Shown here in pieces: positions 39,686 through 51,642 of a stretch of DNA of 64,000 bases (position 1 is the stretch's first letter; the number at the start of each line of letters is the position of its first letter). The notes beneath the pieces are model-generated. The model worked only from the letters and a program-made list of their open reading frames with translations, was not told where the DNA came from and did no database searches. The DNA is taken from the NCBI GenBank assembly GCA_963790025.1, contig CAWBMP010000005.1, positions 448,001 to 512,000 on the forward strand, read 5' to 3'. The translations under genes and the position numbers were made by a program. The stretch comes from Nitrospirota bacterium. GTDB lineage: Bacteria; Nitrospirota; Thermodesulfovibrionia; Thermodesulfovibrionales; Dissulfurispiraceae.

Positions 39686-39719
39686 GCGCCCCAAACAGTT
39701 TTGAGACTTTTTGGGGCGC
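39686..39719. terminator. GC-rich hairpin between convergent genes (REP-like or bidirectional terminator)
   Basis: GCGCCCCAAA-14 nt-TTTGGGGCGC. Confidence 0.6.
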
Positions 39720-39770
39720 CCGGTCAGTCTCGACCCCGAGATGGCTTTGCAGCTTTTTTGTTCTTGTCCG

Positions 39771-41141
39771 TCATTCCTCGTCTGCTTTTGCGAGCCCGAA
39801 TTTTTTCAGCTTTCTCCAGAGAGATACCCTGTCTATACCGAGTATCTGCGATGCAAGGGTCTTGTTACCGCCGACCTCGCCCAGCACCCACTGTATATAC
39901 GTTAACTCCTGGTCCTCAAGAGAAGGTATCTGGCCCCTCTTCTTCCTGAATGTCTTGATACTAAGCTCCCTCAGGTCCTCCGGCAGATGGGCGACTTCTA
40001 TTGACACACCATTGGAAAGCGCCACCCCGCGCTCTATAATGTTTTCCAGTTCCCTGACATTACCCGGGAAATCATAGTTCATGAGAAGCGCTATGACTTC
40101 CGGTGCTATTTCGCTGACCATTTTCTTCATCAGGCTTGCGTATTTCTTAAGGAAATAGTAGCTTAAGATATGGATATCTTCTTTCCTCTCGCAAAGAGGT
40201 GGGATGTACAATGAAACAACATTAATTCTAAAATAAAGGTCTTGCCTGAAGTTGCCGCTTTTTATGGCATCGGAGATGTCCCGGTTTGTCGCTGCTATAA
40301 ATCTGACGTCAACCTTTACCGTAGCTGTGGCACCCAGACGCAAGACCTCTTTCTCCTGGATTGCCCTGAGGAGCTTGACCTGCATGGAAGATGGCATCTC
40401 GGTGATCTCGTCCAGAAACAGCGTTCCTTCCGATGCCATTTCGATCAGCCCTTTTTTCATTGTCGCCGCTCCGGTAAAGGCGCCTTTCTCATGGCCGAAG
40501 AGTTCGTTTGAAAGCAGTTCCTCAGTAAAGGCCCCGCAGTTTACGGCAAAAAATGGGCCTTTTGAGCGGGTACTGCTATAGTGTATGAATTTTGCAAAGA
40601 TCTCCTTGCCGGTGCCGCTTTCCCCGCTGAGGAGCACATTGCAGTCAGTCGGAGCTATCTGGCGAGCCGTATCGATGAGCCGCTGCATAGATGGGTCCTG
40701 GGTAATGATCTTAACTTTACCTTCATAGGTCTCGATCTGCTCCCTGAGCTGAATGTTCTCGCGTTTTAAAAGGACTTTTTCGATGGCCTCCCTGACGACC
40801 TGCCGCACTTCGTCAAGCTTGAACGGTTTTGCCACATAGTAAAAGGCACCGTGTTTAATGCTATCAACAGCAGATTTGAGCGTTGCAAAGCCGGTGATCA
40901 TGATTACTTCAGTATCAGGATGGAGTTCCCGGCTGCGCTTCAATATTTCCATACCGTCCACTTTTTCCATTCTTAAGTCCGTAAGCACCACATCGAAATG
41001 CTGTTCATAAAGCAGTTTAAGCGCGTTTTGCCCGCTCTGGGTGGCCGTGACGTTGTACCCTTCCTTTTTCATGACATGTTCGAGGTTGCTAAGCGCTATT
41101 TTTTCATCGTCAACTATCAATATTTTTGCATTGTCATGCAT
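39771..41141 (-). CDS. Sigma-54-dependent response regulator (REC-AAA+-Fis, NtrC/ZraR type)
   Basis: GESGTGKE, ELFGHEKGAFTGA, LFLDEI, FRQDLYFR, FPGNVREL, Fis HTH; AGGAGG SD before ATG 41141. Confidence 0.96.
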   Translation of the reverse strand: MHDNAKILIVDDEKIALSNLEHVMKKEGYNVTATQSGQNALKLLYEQHFDVVLTDLRMEKVDGMEILKRSRELHPDTEVIMITGFATLKSAVDSIKHGAFYYVAKPFKLDEVRQVVREAIEKVLLKRENIQLREQIETYEGKVKIITQDPSMQRLIDTARQIAPTDCNVLLSGESGTGKEIFAKFIHYSSTRSKGPFFAVNCGAFTEELLSNELFGHEKGAFTGAATMKKGLIEMASEGTLFLDEITEMPSSMQVKLLRAIQEKEVLRLGATATVKVDVRFIAATNRDISDAIKSGNFRQDLYFRINVVSLYIPPLCERKEDIHILSYYFLKKYASLMKKMVSEIAPEVIALLMNYDFPGNVRELENIIERGVALSNGVSIEVAHLPEDLRELSIKTFRKKRGQIPSLEDQELTYIQWVLGEVGGNKTLASQILGIDRVSLWRKLKKFGLAKADEE

Positions 41142-41159
41142 TGTCGTTGCTCCTCCTAA

Positions 41160-41270
41160 CCCTTTACCTATACCTATACCTATACCTTTTGCCTGATGCT
41201 CGGGCGGCATTTGAATTTCTTCAGTATTATTTCACTCTAACATGGCGCTATTGCAAAAAGCAACGATAGT
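41160..41270 (-). pseudogene. Collapsed remnant of the cognate histidine kinase (promoter and first ~13 codons fused to 3' end)
   Basis: 41190..41265 closely matches 62968..63040 (ATG changed to ATA at 41227); joined to (AGGTAT)n like the kinase 3' end at 61482..61499. Confidence 0.8.
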
Positions 41271-41398
41271 GAATAGTCATGTAACGTATACCCGCCGGCT
41301 TCAAGAGGCTGTTGCAGTCACATTTGCCCATTCGGGCCGTCGTTTTTGAACAATCAATGTGGTAGTACTTATTCTTACCATGCGTAGGAGGTAATTAT

Positions 41399-41557
41399 AT
41401 GGGCACTGCAGTTAAGAAGACTATCTCTTTGCAGCCCGATCTTGCACGCGAGGCAGAAGAAACCGTCAGCGAAGAGGGAAAAACTTTTAGCGCTGTTATT
41501 CAGGACGCTTTGCGGTTTGCACGGCGGGAGCGGCTCAAAAAAACTCCGCAAAGCTGA
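41399..41557 (+). CDS. Ribbon-helix-helix (CopG-like) antitoxin-type protein, 52 aa, orphan
   Basis: MGTAVKKTISLQPDLAREAEETVSEEGKTFSAVIQDALR; AGGAGGT SD; TGGTA..TACCA inverted repeat at 41360..41380; below the ORF-track cut-off. Confidence 0.7.
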   Translation: MGTAVKKTISLQPDLAREAEETVSEEGKTFSAVIQDALRFARRERLKKTPQS

Positions 41558-41748
41558 AAATCAGATTACCAAGTTCATATAGTAACCGACTCCGGGCGAG
41601 TTTTATAGCTTCCGTCTGGTACTTTCTGAAGTCCGAACAGGGTTTATTATGAAAATTCTGCAGGTTACGATTAGAAATTCCCGGCCCGAAATACGAGAAT
41701 GCCGTGATGCGAGCAGCCTCGCTCTACGATAGGAACGGAGAATAGTGA

Positions 41749-42693
41749 TTAGGCAACTTCAGCAGCGGTCATTTGACGCAAATTCGAGATGTCGCGCAAT
41801 GGGGAGTCGCCAAAAAAACGACTGTACTCGCGGCTGAATTGGGAAGGACTTTCATAGCCGACTTGAAATGCTGCCGTAGTTGCATCCAGACGTTCGGCGA
41901 GCATTAACCTCCGCGCTTCGTTCAAACGCAGCCATTTTTGGTACTGCAGCGGGCTCATGGCCGTCAACGCCCGGAAATGATGGTGGAAGGTCGACGTGCT
42001 CATATTGACTTGGGTTGCGAGGTCATCTATACGCAACGGCTGCGTGAAGTTACTCTTCAACCAATCAATTGCCCTCGCTATCTGATGACTCTGACTTCCA
42101 GCCGACGCCATCTGGCGCAAACGAAAACCTTGATCGCTTACAAGCAAACGGTAAAAAATTTCTCTTTTGATGAGCGGCGCAAGGATCGGGATATCGTTCG
42201 GTTCAGCAAGGAGGTCGATCAACCGTTGAAAGGCGGTAAGCAACGGCAACGTGACCTCGCCGGTAGCCATTCCTCGGCTTGACTGATGCGTACGCGGCAG
42301 GGGCAGATTGCTGTCTACCATCAACTGTGAAATTTCGCGTTGATCAAGTCTCAATATGAGCCCCAGGTAAGGCTTCTCCGGGCTAGCTTTGATAATCTGC
42401 ACAACCGTCGGCAGATCCACTGACGTGATCAGGAAGTGGTGCTCATCATACTCATACGATTCGTCCCCGAGCAGCACGCGTTTGGACCCTTGTGCGATCA
42501 CGCAAATGCGCGGTTCGTACATTATGGTCGTGGGCTCGGTCGGTTCGTTTCGCCAATAAAGCGACAAGCCCGGGATTGCCGTCACGCTCTGGTCGCCTTC
42601 ATCAGTCCATCGGGTAATCCCCTTGCCCAAAGTTTCAAGCGCAATTTCCAAATCATTATTCTCAAATACCTGTTTAACATCTTGTTTTGCCAT
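41749..42693 (-). CDS. AraC family regulator (YqhC-like)
   Basis: YEPRICVIAQGSK, MSPLQYQKWLRLNEARRLM, VGYESPSQFSREY. Confidence 0.95.
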   Translation of the reverse strand: MAKQDVKQVFENNDLEIALETLGKGITRWTDEGDQSVTAIPGLSLYWRNEPTEPTTIMYEPRICVIAQGSKRVLLGDESYEYDEHHFLITSVDLPTVVQIIKASPEKPYLGLILRLDQREISQLMVDSNLPLPRTHQSSRGMATGEVTLPLLTAFQRLIDLLAEPNDIPILAPLIKREIFYRLLVSDQGFRLRQMASAGSQSHQIARAIDWLKSNFTQPLRIDDLATQVNMSTSTFHHHFRALTAMSPLQYQKWLRLNEARRLMLAERLDATTAAFQVGYESPSQFSREYSRFFGDSPLRDISNLRQMTAAEVA

Positions 42694-42761
42694 ATTAATA
42701 CCCTCCTCCTCCTATATTAACAGACTTCACTCTGCTGTACAATATTTATCGCAGATTTCGT

Positions 42762-42794
42762 ACGATTAGGCAAAAAATGAGCAGAAATGGTCTA
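42762..42794 (+). promoter_or_regulatory. Putative AraC-type tandem site in divergent promoter
   Basis: Degenerate 21-bp-period repeat ACGATTAGGCAA / AGAAATGGTCTA. Confidence 0.35.
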
Positions 42795-42889
42795 CCTGCC
42801 TTTGTTTTTTTAGAAGTACAATAAAATTATCGACAGGGCGGCAAATAGTTATTAAACTCTAAAAAGATAGTTCAGTCGTCAACAGGTGA

Positions 42890-45024
<2,135 letters not shown>

Positions 45025-45044
45025 TAACGAAAGGAGATAATACA

Positions 45045-45440
45045 ATGGAGATAAAACGAAGCGGCTCACAACCATCCGGCAAGGGGCCGGCAGAATATTT
45101 TACCGGAACAGTACGCGTTGACCCGCTGTTCAACGCGCCCGATCCCGCACGGGTCCTCGGCGCTCTGGTCACCTTCGAGCCCGGCGCCCGCACGGCGTGG
45201 CACACCCACCCTCTGGGTCAGACCCTGATCGTGACGGCGGGCTGCGGCCTCGTACAACGCTGGGGTGATCCGATCGAGGAAATCAGGCCCGGTGACGTGG
45301 TCTGGATCGCACCTGGCGAAAAGCATTGGCATGGGGCCGCGGCTACCACGGCAATGACGCATATCGCGATCGTGGAACAGGTAGACGGCAAGAGTGCCGA
45401 GTGGATGGAACATGTCAACGACGAACAATACCGCAGGTGA
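45045..45440 (+). CDS. Cupin domain protein
   Basis: [23 protein letters not shown]. Confidence 0.93.
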   Translation: MEIKRSGSQPSGKGPAEYFTGTVRVDPLFNAPDPARVLGALVTFEPGARTAWHTHPLGQTLIVTAGCGLVQRWGDPIEEIRPGDVVWIAPGEKHWHGAAATTAMTHIAIVEQVDGKSAEWMEHVNDEQYRR

Positions 45441-45487
45441 TCGATATGGTAGCGCTCAAAAAAAATGATACGAAGAGGATGAAGCAT

Positions 45488-46027
45488 ATGGCAAAAAAAG
45501 TATTGGTACTGTCTGCAAGCCCAAGAAAAGGAGGAAATTCTGATCTGTTGTGTGATCAGTTCGTGCTTGGGGCTAAAGAAGCAGGCAATCAGGCGGTAAA
45601 GATATTTTTAAGGGACAAAAGGATCAATTATTGTATTGGCTGTGGTGTCTGTCAAAGTAATGGAGGCAAGTGTGTTCAGAAGGATGATATGGCTGAAGTC
45701 CTCGATAAAATGATTGCTGCCGATGTGATCGTGATGGCTACCCCTGTATACTTTTATACGATGAACGCACAGATGAAGACACTGATTGACAGAACCTGTG
45801 CTCGTTATACCGAAATCAGAAATAAGGATTTCTATTTCATTGTAGCAGCGGCCGACAGCAGCAAGCGAGCAATGGAGAGGACTTTGGAAGGATTCAGGGC
45901 ATTCACATCGTGTTTGAGCAGAGCGAAAGAAAAGGGCATTATCTATGGAACCGGTGCCTGGAAGATTGGAGATATCAAAAAAAGTGATGCTATGAATAAA
46001 GCTTTTGAAATGGGTAAAACAGTATAA
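45488..46027 (+). CDS. Flavodoxin family / iron-sulfur flavoprotein
   Basis: SPRKGGNS, CIGCGVC..C, ATPVYF, KTLIDR; start set at ATG 45488 after GAGGA. Confidence 0.9.
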   Translation: MAKKVLVLSASPRKGGNSDLLCDQFVLGAKEAGNQAVKIFLRDKRINYCIGCGVCQSNGGKCVQKDDMAEVLDKMIAADVIVMATPVYFYTMNAQMKTLIDRTCARYTEIRNKDFYFIVAAADSSKRAMERTLEGFRAFTSCLSRAKEKGIIYGTGAWKIGDIKKSDAMNKAFEMGKTV

Positions 46028-46052
46028 ACTGAAGGACTAAAGGGGTTTAAAC

Positions 46053-46799
46053 ATGAGTATAAGTGAAACAGCAAACAAAAACCATGAGGAACTGTTCCCA
46101 AATCATAAATCAACATTAAAAATAACAGATCCGGAACTGATAGAAGTATTTGACAATTTTGCTTTTGACGAAGTGCTGGGGTATGGAAACTTAGATGCGA
46201 GAACAAGGTTAATGGTCATCTTGGGTTCAATGATTGCAAGCCAGGCTTTAGGCGAATATAAAGTGATGCTCGGTGGCGCCCTTAATGTAGGTGTAACTCC
46301 GATTGAAGTGAAAGAAATTGTATATCAGGCTGTGCCTTATGTTGGAATGGCAAAAGTATTTGATTTTATCCATGCCACAAATGAAATATTGGAAAGCAGG
46401 GGAATAAAGCTGCCATTAGAAGGACAATCTGCCACTTCACCGGAAACACGATTCGAAAAAGGATTAGAATTACAAAAATCAATTTTTGGAGAAATGATTG
46501 ATAAAATGTATAAGGAATCACCGGCCAATCAGTTTCATATTCAAAAATATTTATCGGCTAATTGTTTTGGTGATTATCTGACAAGAAAAGGATTAGACAT
46601 AAGAACACGAGAGCTCTTAACGTTTTCCATGATTTTATCTTTGGGTGGATGTGAGCCACAGTTAAAAGGGCATATACAAGGCAATTTAAATGTTGGAAAT
46701 GATAAAGAAGTATTACTTAGTACTGTTACTCAATTATTACCTTATGTGGGATATCCAAGAACATTAAATGCAATAAGATGTATAAATGAAATAGGGTGA
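46053..46799 (+). CDS. Carboxymuconolactone decarboxylase family protein (tandem CMD)
   Basis: GALNVG..EIVYQAVPYVG; FGDYLTRKGLD..RELLT..PYVGYPR. Confidence 0.9.
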   Translation: MSISETANKNHEELFPNHKSTLKITDPELIEVFDNFAFDEVLGYGNLDARTRLMVILGSMIASQALGEYKVMLGGALNVGVTPIEVKEIVYQAVPYVGMAKVFDFIHATNEILESRGIKLPLEGQSATSPETRFEKGLELQKSIFGEMIDKMYKESPANQFHIQKYLSANCFGDYLTRKGLDIRTRELLTFSMILSLGGCEPQLKGHIQGNLNVGNDKEVLLSTVTQLLPYVGYPRTLNAIRCINEIG

Positions 46800-46850
46800 C
46801 ATAATGCTTTGCACGAGAATACTCGTGCGAAGCAGATAAAAGGAAACAAT

Positions 46851-47420
46851 GGGGTCAGGCTTGCATACGTGCATTTAAGAGTGCTATATTTTGGCATAAT
46901 GGCAAGGCCGCCACGCATAGAATATCCCGGAGCATTTTATCATGTAATAGTCCGTGGCAATCGGAAGCAGGACATTTTTTTAGATGAACAAGATAGGCTT
47001 GAGTATCTTGAGCGCATAAAACGTTATAAAGAAAAATGCGGATTTATTTTTTATGCATACATCCTTAGATAGTAGGAGGGGATAAGTTTTTAGAAATAAT
47101 AGAAGATAAAATTGATGAATTGGACAGGCCGATAAGAAAGCTTACCTTGAAAAAGGCCATAAAGGCAGTCGAGGAAGTGACGGGCGTACTTTGGGATGAG
47201 ATACGCTCCCGAAGCAGGAGCAAGGAAGTAATATTTGCGCGAGGATTATTAGTTGGGGTATGGAGAGAGGCGGGGCATCGGATGGTGAACATACAGCCCC
47301 AACTGAGGAGGGACTTATCAGTGCTTTCAAGATTGTCAAAAATCGCAGAGAGTGAAAGAGGACGAAAAGCCATGAAACAAATATTTCACATGCTAAATGC
47401 ATGAACGCAAGCCTGACCCC
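46851..47420 (+). mobile_element. Internally deleted Y1/RAYT-type transposase element with 27-bp terminal inverted repeats
   Basis: GGGGTCAGGCTTGCATACGTGCATTTA versus TAAATGCATGAACGCAAGCCTGACCCC (24/27); MARPPRIEYPGAFYHVIVRGN from 46899 breaks after AYIL; C-terminal part resumes at about 47069. Confidence 0.85.
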
Positions 47421-47441
47421 AGCAATCTTAGGGCGCATGTA

Positions 47442-48347
47442 ATGGAAGAAAATAAAATAGAAATTGATAGAGATCTTTGTGACGGCTGCGGGTTATGCGT
47501 AACCGTTTGCCCGACAGGGACCATATACCTCAAAGAAGGAAAGGCGGCTGTCTCAAGTGAGGAGTCGATCTCTTGCGGACATTGCGAGGCAGTATGTCCC
47601 CAAGAGGCGATCCGTGTCATTGCAATTGATGAAGAGATGTCAAGATATAAAACTTTCACTATGGAGAAGCAGTGGCTTCCTCCCGGCAAATACAACACAT
47701 CTGCTTTGGTTCAGCTTATGGCCTCCCGCCGATCCTGCCGTTGCTTTACCAAACAGCCTGTAGACAGGGCGATACTTGAGGACCTCGTAAAGATAGGAAT
47801 CACTGCCCCGTCTGGAACCAACAGTCAGTCCTGGACTTTCACCATCCTGCCAACGAGAAAGGCGGTAACCTCATTTTCGGAACACATCGCGTCCTTCTTT
47901 GGCCGGTTAAACACTACTGCAGAGAAGACCATACTTCGTCTGTTCCTCAAGTTGATAGGAAAAGGAGAACTCGATGCCTATTACCGCGGTTATTACGGGA
48001 AAGTTAAGGAGACGCTTAAAGAATGGCGCGAATCAGGCAAAGACCGTCTCTTTCACGGCAGCATGGCTGCCATTCTTGTCGGATCTAAACCGGGAGCAAG
48101 CTGTCCGGTTGAGGACGCCTTGCTCGCAACACAGAATATCCTACTTGCGGCACACAGCATCGGACTCGGCTCCTGCCTGATCGGATATGCCGTTGCAGCA
48201 ATGAAGAAAGATGCTTCTATCCAGCAGTCTATAGGAATTCCGACAGAAGAGAAAATTCATGCAGTTATTGCCCTTGGTTATCCGGATGAAGTCTATCAGC
48301 GTGTTACCGGGCGCAAAAAAGTAACACCGCGATATTTCGAGGGATAA
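47442..48347 (+). CDS. Nitroreductase with N-terminal 2x[4Fe-4S] ferredoxin domain
   Basis: CDGCGLCVTVCP, CISCGHCEAVCP, RRSCR, APSGTNSQ, LAAHSIGLGSC. Confidence 0.93.
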   Translation: MEENKIEIDRDLCDGCGLCVTVCPTGTIYLKEGKAAVSSEESISCGHCEAVCPQEAIRVIAIDEEMSRYKTFTMEKQWLPPGKYNTSALVQLMASRRSCRCFTKQPVDRAILEDLVKIGITAPSGTNSQSWTFTILPTRKAVTSFSEHIASFFGRLNTTAEKTILRLFLKLIGKGELDAYYRGYYGKVKETLKEWRESGKDRLFHGSMAAILVGSKPGASCPVEDALLATQNILLAAHSIGLGSCLIGYAVAAMKKDASIQQSIGIPTEEKIHAVIALGYPDEVYQRVTGRKKVTPRYFEG

Positions 48348-48657
48348 CAACTGAACAAAGAGTTTGCATCTTAGGCGGTATGCTGCACCTGATACTACTC
48401 ACCAGAGACATTTACCAAATGATGTTGATTTTCGGAAGGAACATGTATCCGCAGTCGCTTATCTTTGACAGGACATAAAACCTGTCTAAAAAAAATCTTG
48501 CATTTCGAGACTGAAATAGCCAATATTTAAAGCACTTGGCCTATGCGATTTTGCTGTCTCTAAAACAGATGTGTGTGTCTCCTGAACAAACAGCCTTTTT
48601 ATGTGCTAAGATTTCCATAGGCTAACAAAAAATGAAAAGGAGAAAAATGGAGGGAAA

Positions 48658-49008
48658 ATGAAAAAAGTTTTTGCAATTGTCATGCTGGTAACAATTACAC
48701 TTAGTATAAATTCATGTGCAACTACTTCAAAATATACCGCAAAACTTAATACTTGGATTGGACACGATGTTAATGAACTGATCACTTCTTGGGGGCCTCC
48801 AAGTAATGAATACACTATGCCAAACGGTAACAAAATGTACACTTGGTTACATGTCGGTGGCACTTTAGTAGTATCAAATTATAACTATTTTTTGAGAATG
48901 ACACTAACAAATGCGGTAACATATTGGTGTAAGACAACATTCAATGTCGACGAATCTGGAATAATTACCGGAGGGAGATGGGAAGGGAATTCTTGTCGGT
49001 CTAATTGA
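48658..49008 (+). CDS. Hypothetical lipoprotein
   Basis: Lipobox INSC; WIG..L..WGPP..C..F..W.GN.C pattern; low GC; GGAGG SD. Confidence 0.75.
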   Translation: MKKVFAIVMLVTITLSINSCATTSKYTAKLNTWIGHDVNELITSWGPPSNEYTMPNGNKMYTWLHVGGTLVVSNYNYFLRMTLTNAVTYWCKTTFNVDESGIITGGRWEGNSCRSN

Positions 49009-49032
49009 ACAAACAGTATACAAGGGGACAAC

Positions 49033-49305
49033 ATGCCACGGTCAACGCCTGCTCAAATGTTTGAGACTAACGCCCGGAAATTAGTGAAGGAAATTTGGGA
49101 AAATGAACTAAACCGGGACAAAAGCGAATTGGCTATATCTTGGGGCCCGCAGTTCATGACGATAGAGAGAGAACAAATCAATTCCGCCGTTAAAATTCAT
49201 AGAAGTTCGTTTGATACATATTTTAATGCTGACAACAAAGATTTTAAAAGGCAATATCGGGAAGCATTAAAACCAGGCTGGAACAATTGTTATGAAACGC
49301 GGTAA
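49033..49305 (+). CDS. Hypothetical protein
   Basis: AGGGG SD, 90 aa, overlaps the next ORF. Confidence 0.55.
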   Translation: MPRSTPAQMFETNARKLVKEIWENELNRDKSELAISWGPQFMTIEREQINSAVKIHRSSFDTYFNADNKDFKRQYREALKPGWNNCYETR

Positions 49306-49729
49306 ACAACAGACATCTTCCGCTGCTGTGCTGGCTACCGGAGCCGAGCTTTCCCGAAGGGGTTACGATGTCACTTTCACGCTCGGTAACACTCCTAAAG
49401 TGGACATGATATGTTCGCTCCCTGATGGTCTACCCTTCAAGATTCAGGTGAAGGGAATCTCTGGCGAGTATGATTTTTACATCAATAAATCCTTTTTTGA
49501 TGGGGATGCTCAGAAATATCTTTATTTAGTGGTTGTTGTCATTTCAGTTGACGACAACTCACCATTTAGCTTCTATATACTTTCCCATGAAGAAGCACAG
49601 AACGAATTCAACAAACTGCCTATAACTAAAAAGGATGGTAGCCCTATTACGCAGTTCGGACTCGGTTGGACTTCGGTTAAACGATATAAGAACAAATGGG
49701 ATACATTCCCTCATAGTTCCGTAGCATAA
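49292..49729 (+). CDS. Putative PD-(D/E)xK-fold nuclease
   Basis: AELSRRGY..GNTPKVDMI..IQVKG fits the D...QxK variant of the motif. Confidence 0.65.
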   Translation: MKRGKQQTSSAAVLATGAELSRRGYDVTFTLGNTPKVDMICSLPDGLPFKIQVKGISGEYDFYINKSFFDGDAQKYLYLVVVVISVDDNSPFSFYILSHEEAQNEFNKLPITKKDGSPITQFGLGWTSVKRYKNKWDTFPHSSVA

Positions 49730-49764
49730 GAAAGCCCCTCCTCACGGGGCAGGTCCCACCGTCT

Positions 49765-49986
49765 TTAACTTTTATGCGGTTCAACAACATACGGTTCGAG
49801 CCATGCTCTGACCGCTTGGTATTTATCACCGCTATATTTGAATTGTAATAATTCCGGGTGTTCCTTTTCTATCTCGCCATAGAACGCTAAAATATCAAGC
49901 AATGTGAGCCTATTTCTATCTCGCTGAGACCACAATAGTCTTATTTCTCGTTTTGCATCTGCTTCTTTTATCTTACCTGTGCCCAT
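49765..49986 (-). CDS. Hypothetical protein
   Basis: AAGGAGG SD, 73 aa. Confidence 0.7.
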   Translation of the reverse strand: MGTGKIKEADAKREIRLLWSQRDRNRLTLLDILAFYGEIEKEHPELLQFKYSGDKYQAVRAWLEPYVVEPHKS

Positions 49987-50187
49987 GCGGTTGCCTCCTT
50001 GTTTGTGCCATCTTCTAATAAATTATAGTAGCATATTAACGGTGAGTGGTCGCCTGACGCATAGGGTCGTTAGTGCGTCGAACGATGACTGGGTGGTTCC
50101 ATGTACCGAAGTCATGTCGTTGACCTGATCGACCCTTTTGTTGTATTTTTGGAGCAATGTATGAAGATGAATTGGTAAAAATCCTAA

Positions 50188-50799
50188 ATGGAGGAATCTT
50201 TCATGCGTAGCCTGAAAAAGGCATGTTCCTTCATACTATCTGTAGTTGCATTAATTGTCTCTCTTGTTACCTTCGGCTTGAGTTACTATGACTCTCAGTT
50301 GAAAAACAGGCCTTATATCCATGTTGATTTTATGCAGCCATCAACTTGGCGATACACCGCCGCAGGAGATAGAAAAATGGGAGTGTTAATTGAAATCTCA
50401 AATGCAGGTTCTATACCGGCATCAAATATTAACTTTCAATGGTTTATCAGAACAGATAAAGATTCTGTGATTACAGCACCTGACAAATTTTTTAACGATT
50501 CATTTGGTTCCAGCCCATTTCCAACAACATTAGCCGCTGGGCAAAAAATTGTGTTACCAATCTATAACCCCGACATATCACCAACAGCAACAAAAATATA
50601 CTTAAATGTCGTTGTCACATATGAAGGGACAACTAAAAACTATTTTTTGTTCGGTAATTACAGAAAATATTGGAATGTAGCTCGAAAACATTTTGTCTTG
50701 TTAGATGACAAAGCAAGTTTGCTAATTAGAAATTTCTCAGAATGGGATAGAAACAATAGCAACGCACCTCCTACTGCAAAGGTACAACTGGAAAATTAA
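50188..50799 (+). CDS. Hypothetical membrane-anchored protein
   Basis: N-terminal TM then RPY..ISNAGSIPA; low GC; start may be the second Met after GGAGG. Confidence 0.7.
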   Translation: MEESFMRSLKKACSFILSVVALIVSLVTFGLSYYDSQLKNRPYIHVDFMQPSTWRYTAAGDRKMGVLIEISNAGSIPASNINFQWFIRTDKDSVITAPDKFFNDSFGSSPFPTTLAAGQKIVLPIYNPDISPTATKIYLNVVVTYEGTTKNYFLFGNYRKYWNVARKHFVLLDDKASLLIRNFSEWDRNNSNAPPTAKVQLEN

Positions 50800-51016
50800 C
50801 AACAAATAGCTGTCTCTTAATCAGGCTATTCGCACATCAAGCAGAACTTCACTTACGTCTATCCAAGGTATTTTCCCGATCGGCTTGGGGTTTCCGGTTG
50901 CAACAAGTGGGACAACAAACGGCAGTTCCCCGCAAGCTATTCGTATCCTGCAAAGCAACGGCATGTTTCGCGTACATAATTATGCGACCAGCCATGGCAC
51001 TTGCGTAGGAGAAATA

Positions 51017-51421
51017 GGGACACATCCCATTTTTCATAACGCTTCCCTTCGTGGCCTTCCTCTCGGCCGCTGTAAGAGCCTTCGTTCAAGCTTTCCTTCC
51101 ATTTCAACAACAAATCCCTCATTGCCAAAGGGTCTTCCCGTCTTTGTCGCGTACCGCACGCGCTCAATTTCTCTCTGGGGTATGTCCGAGTGCAGCAGAA
51201 GTATATAGTCCGCATGCTGCTCTTTACTGAACAGCTCTGCTCCCAATACAACATCATCGCTTCCACTGACATGAGCGCGGGCACTCGAATAGAGATAGTC
51301 TTCAGCGTTCTCTACCATCCCGGCGCGCACCGGATTTTGCTCGATGTACCTTGCAACTGCCCACAAATACTTCTCCTGATCCACAATGTAAAAATAAAAA
51401 TAATGGGGACACATCCCATTT
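51017..51421 (-). mobile_element. C-terminal relic of a second RAYT/Y1 transposase between direct REP-like repeats
   Basis: RYIEQNPVRAGMV..Y.YSS..GRPFG..RPRGRPR; GGGACACATCCCATTT at 51017..51032 and 51406..51421. Confidence 0.8.
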
Positions 51422-51642
51422 ATTTCACTGTAGACGCTCTCATTCCCAATAAGGCACCGGACTAGCATAGAACGACGGCATATTTATTCTAATGATTATG
51501 CTTTGTACTCTGCAGGATTATCCGCATGTTCATAGGCGTTTATTTCTGTGAGACATCGTACATCTAAGACAATAATTAATATTTTGGGAACAGACATCCT
51601 CTGCCGTTCAAAAAAGGGTCACTGTCGGCAACGAAACACAGA

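Noticed and set aside
41142..41210. N-terminal extension MPPEHQAKGIGIGIGKG on the sigma-54 regulator
   Set aside because: Read-through of the kinase remnant and hexamer repeat; the SD-supported start is 41141
46809..46898. ORF-track N-terminal extension through the left TIR (also 47397..47441 and 50849..51037)
   Set aside because: Translations of repeat DNA; better-supported starts are 46899 and 47442
50034..50075. Integron attC site (TATTAAC...GTTAGTG)
   Set aside because: 42 bp is shorter than known attC sites, L boxes do not pair, and no integrase is present
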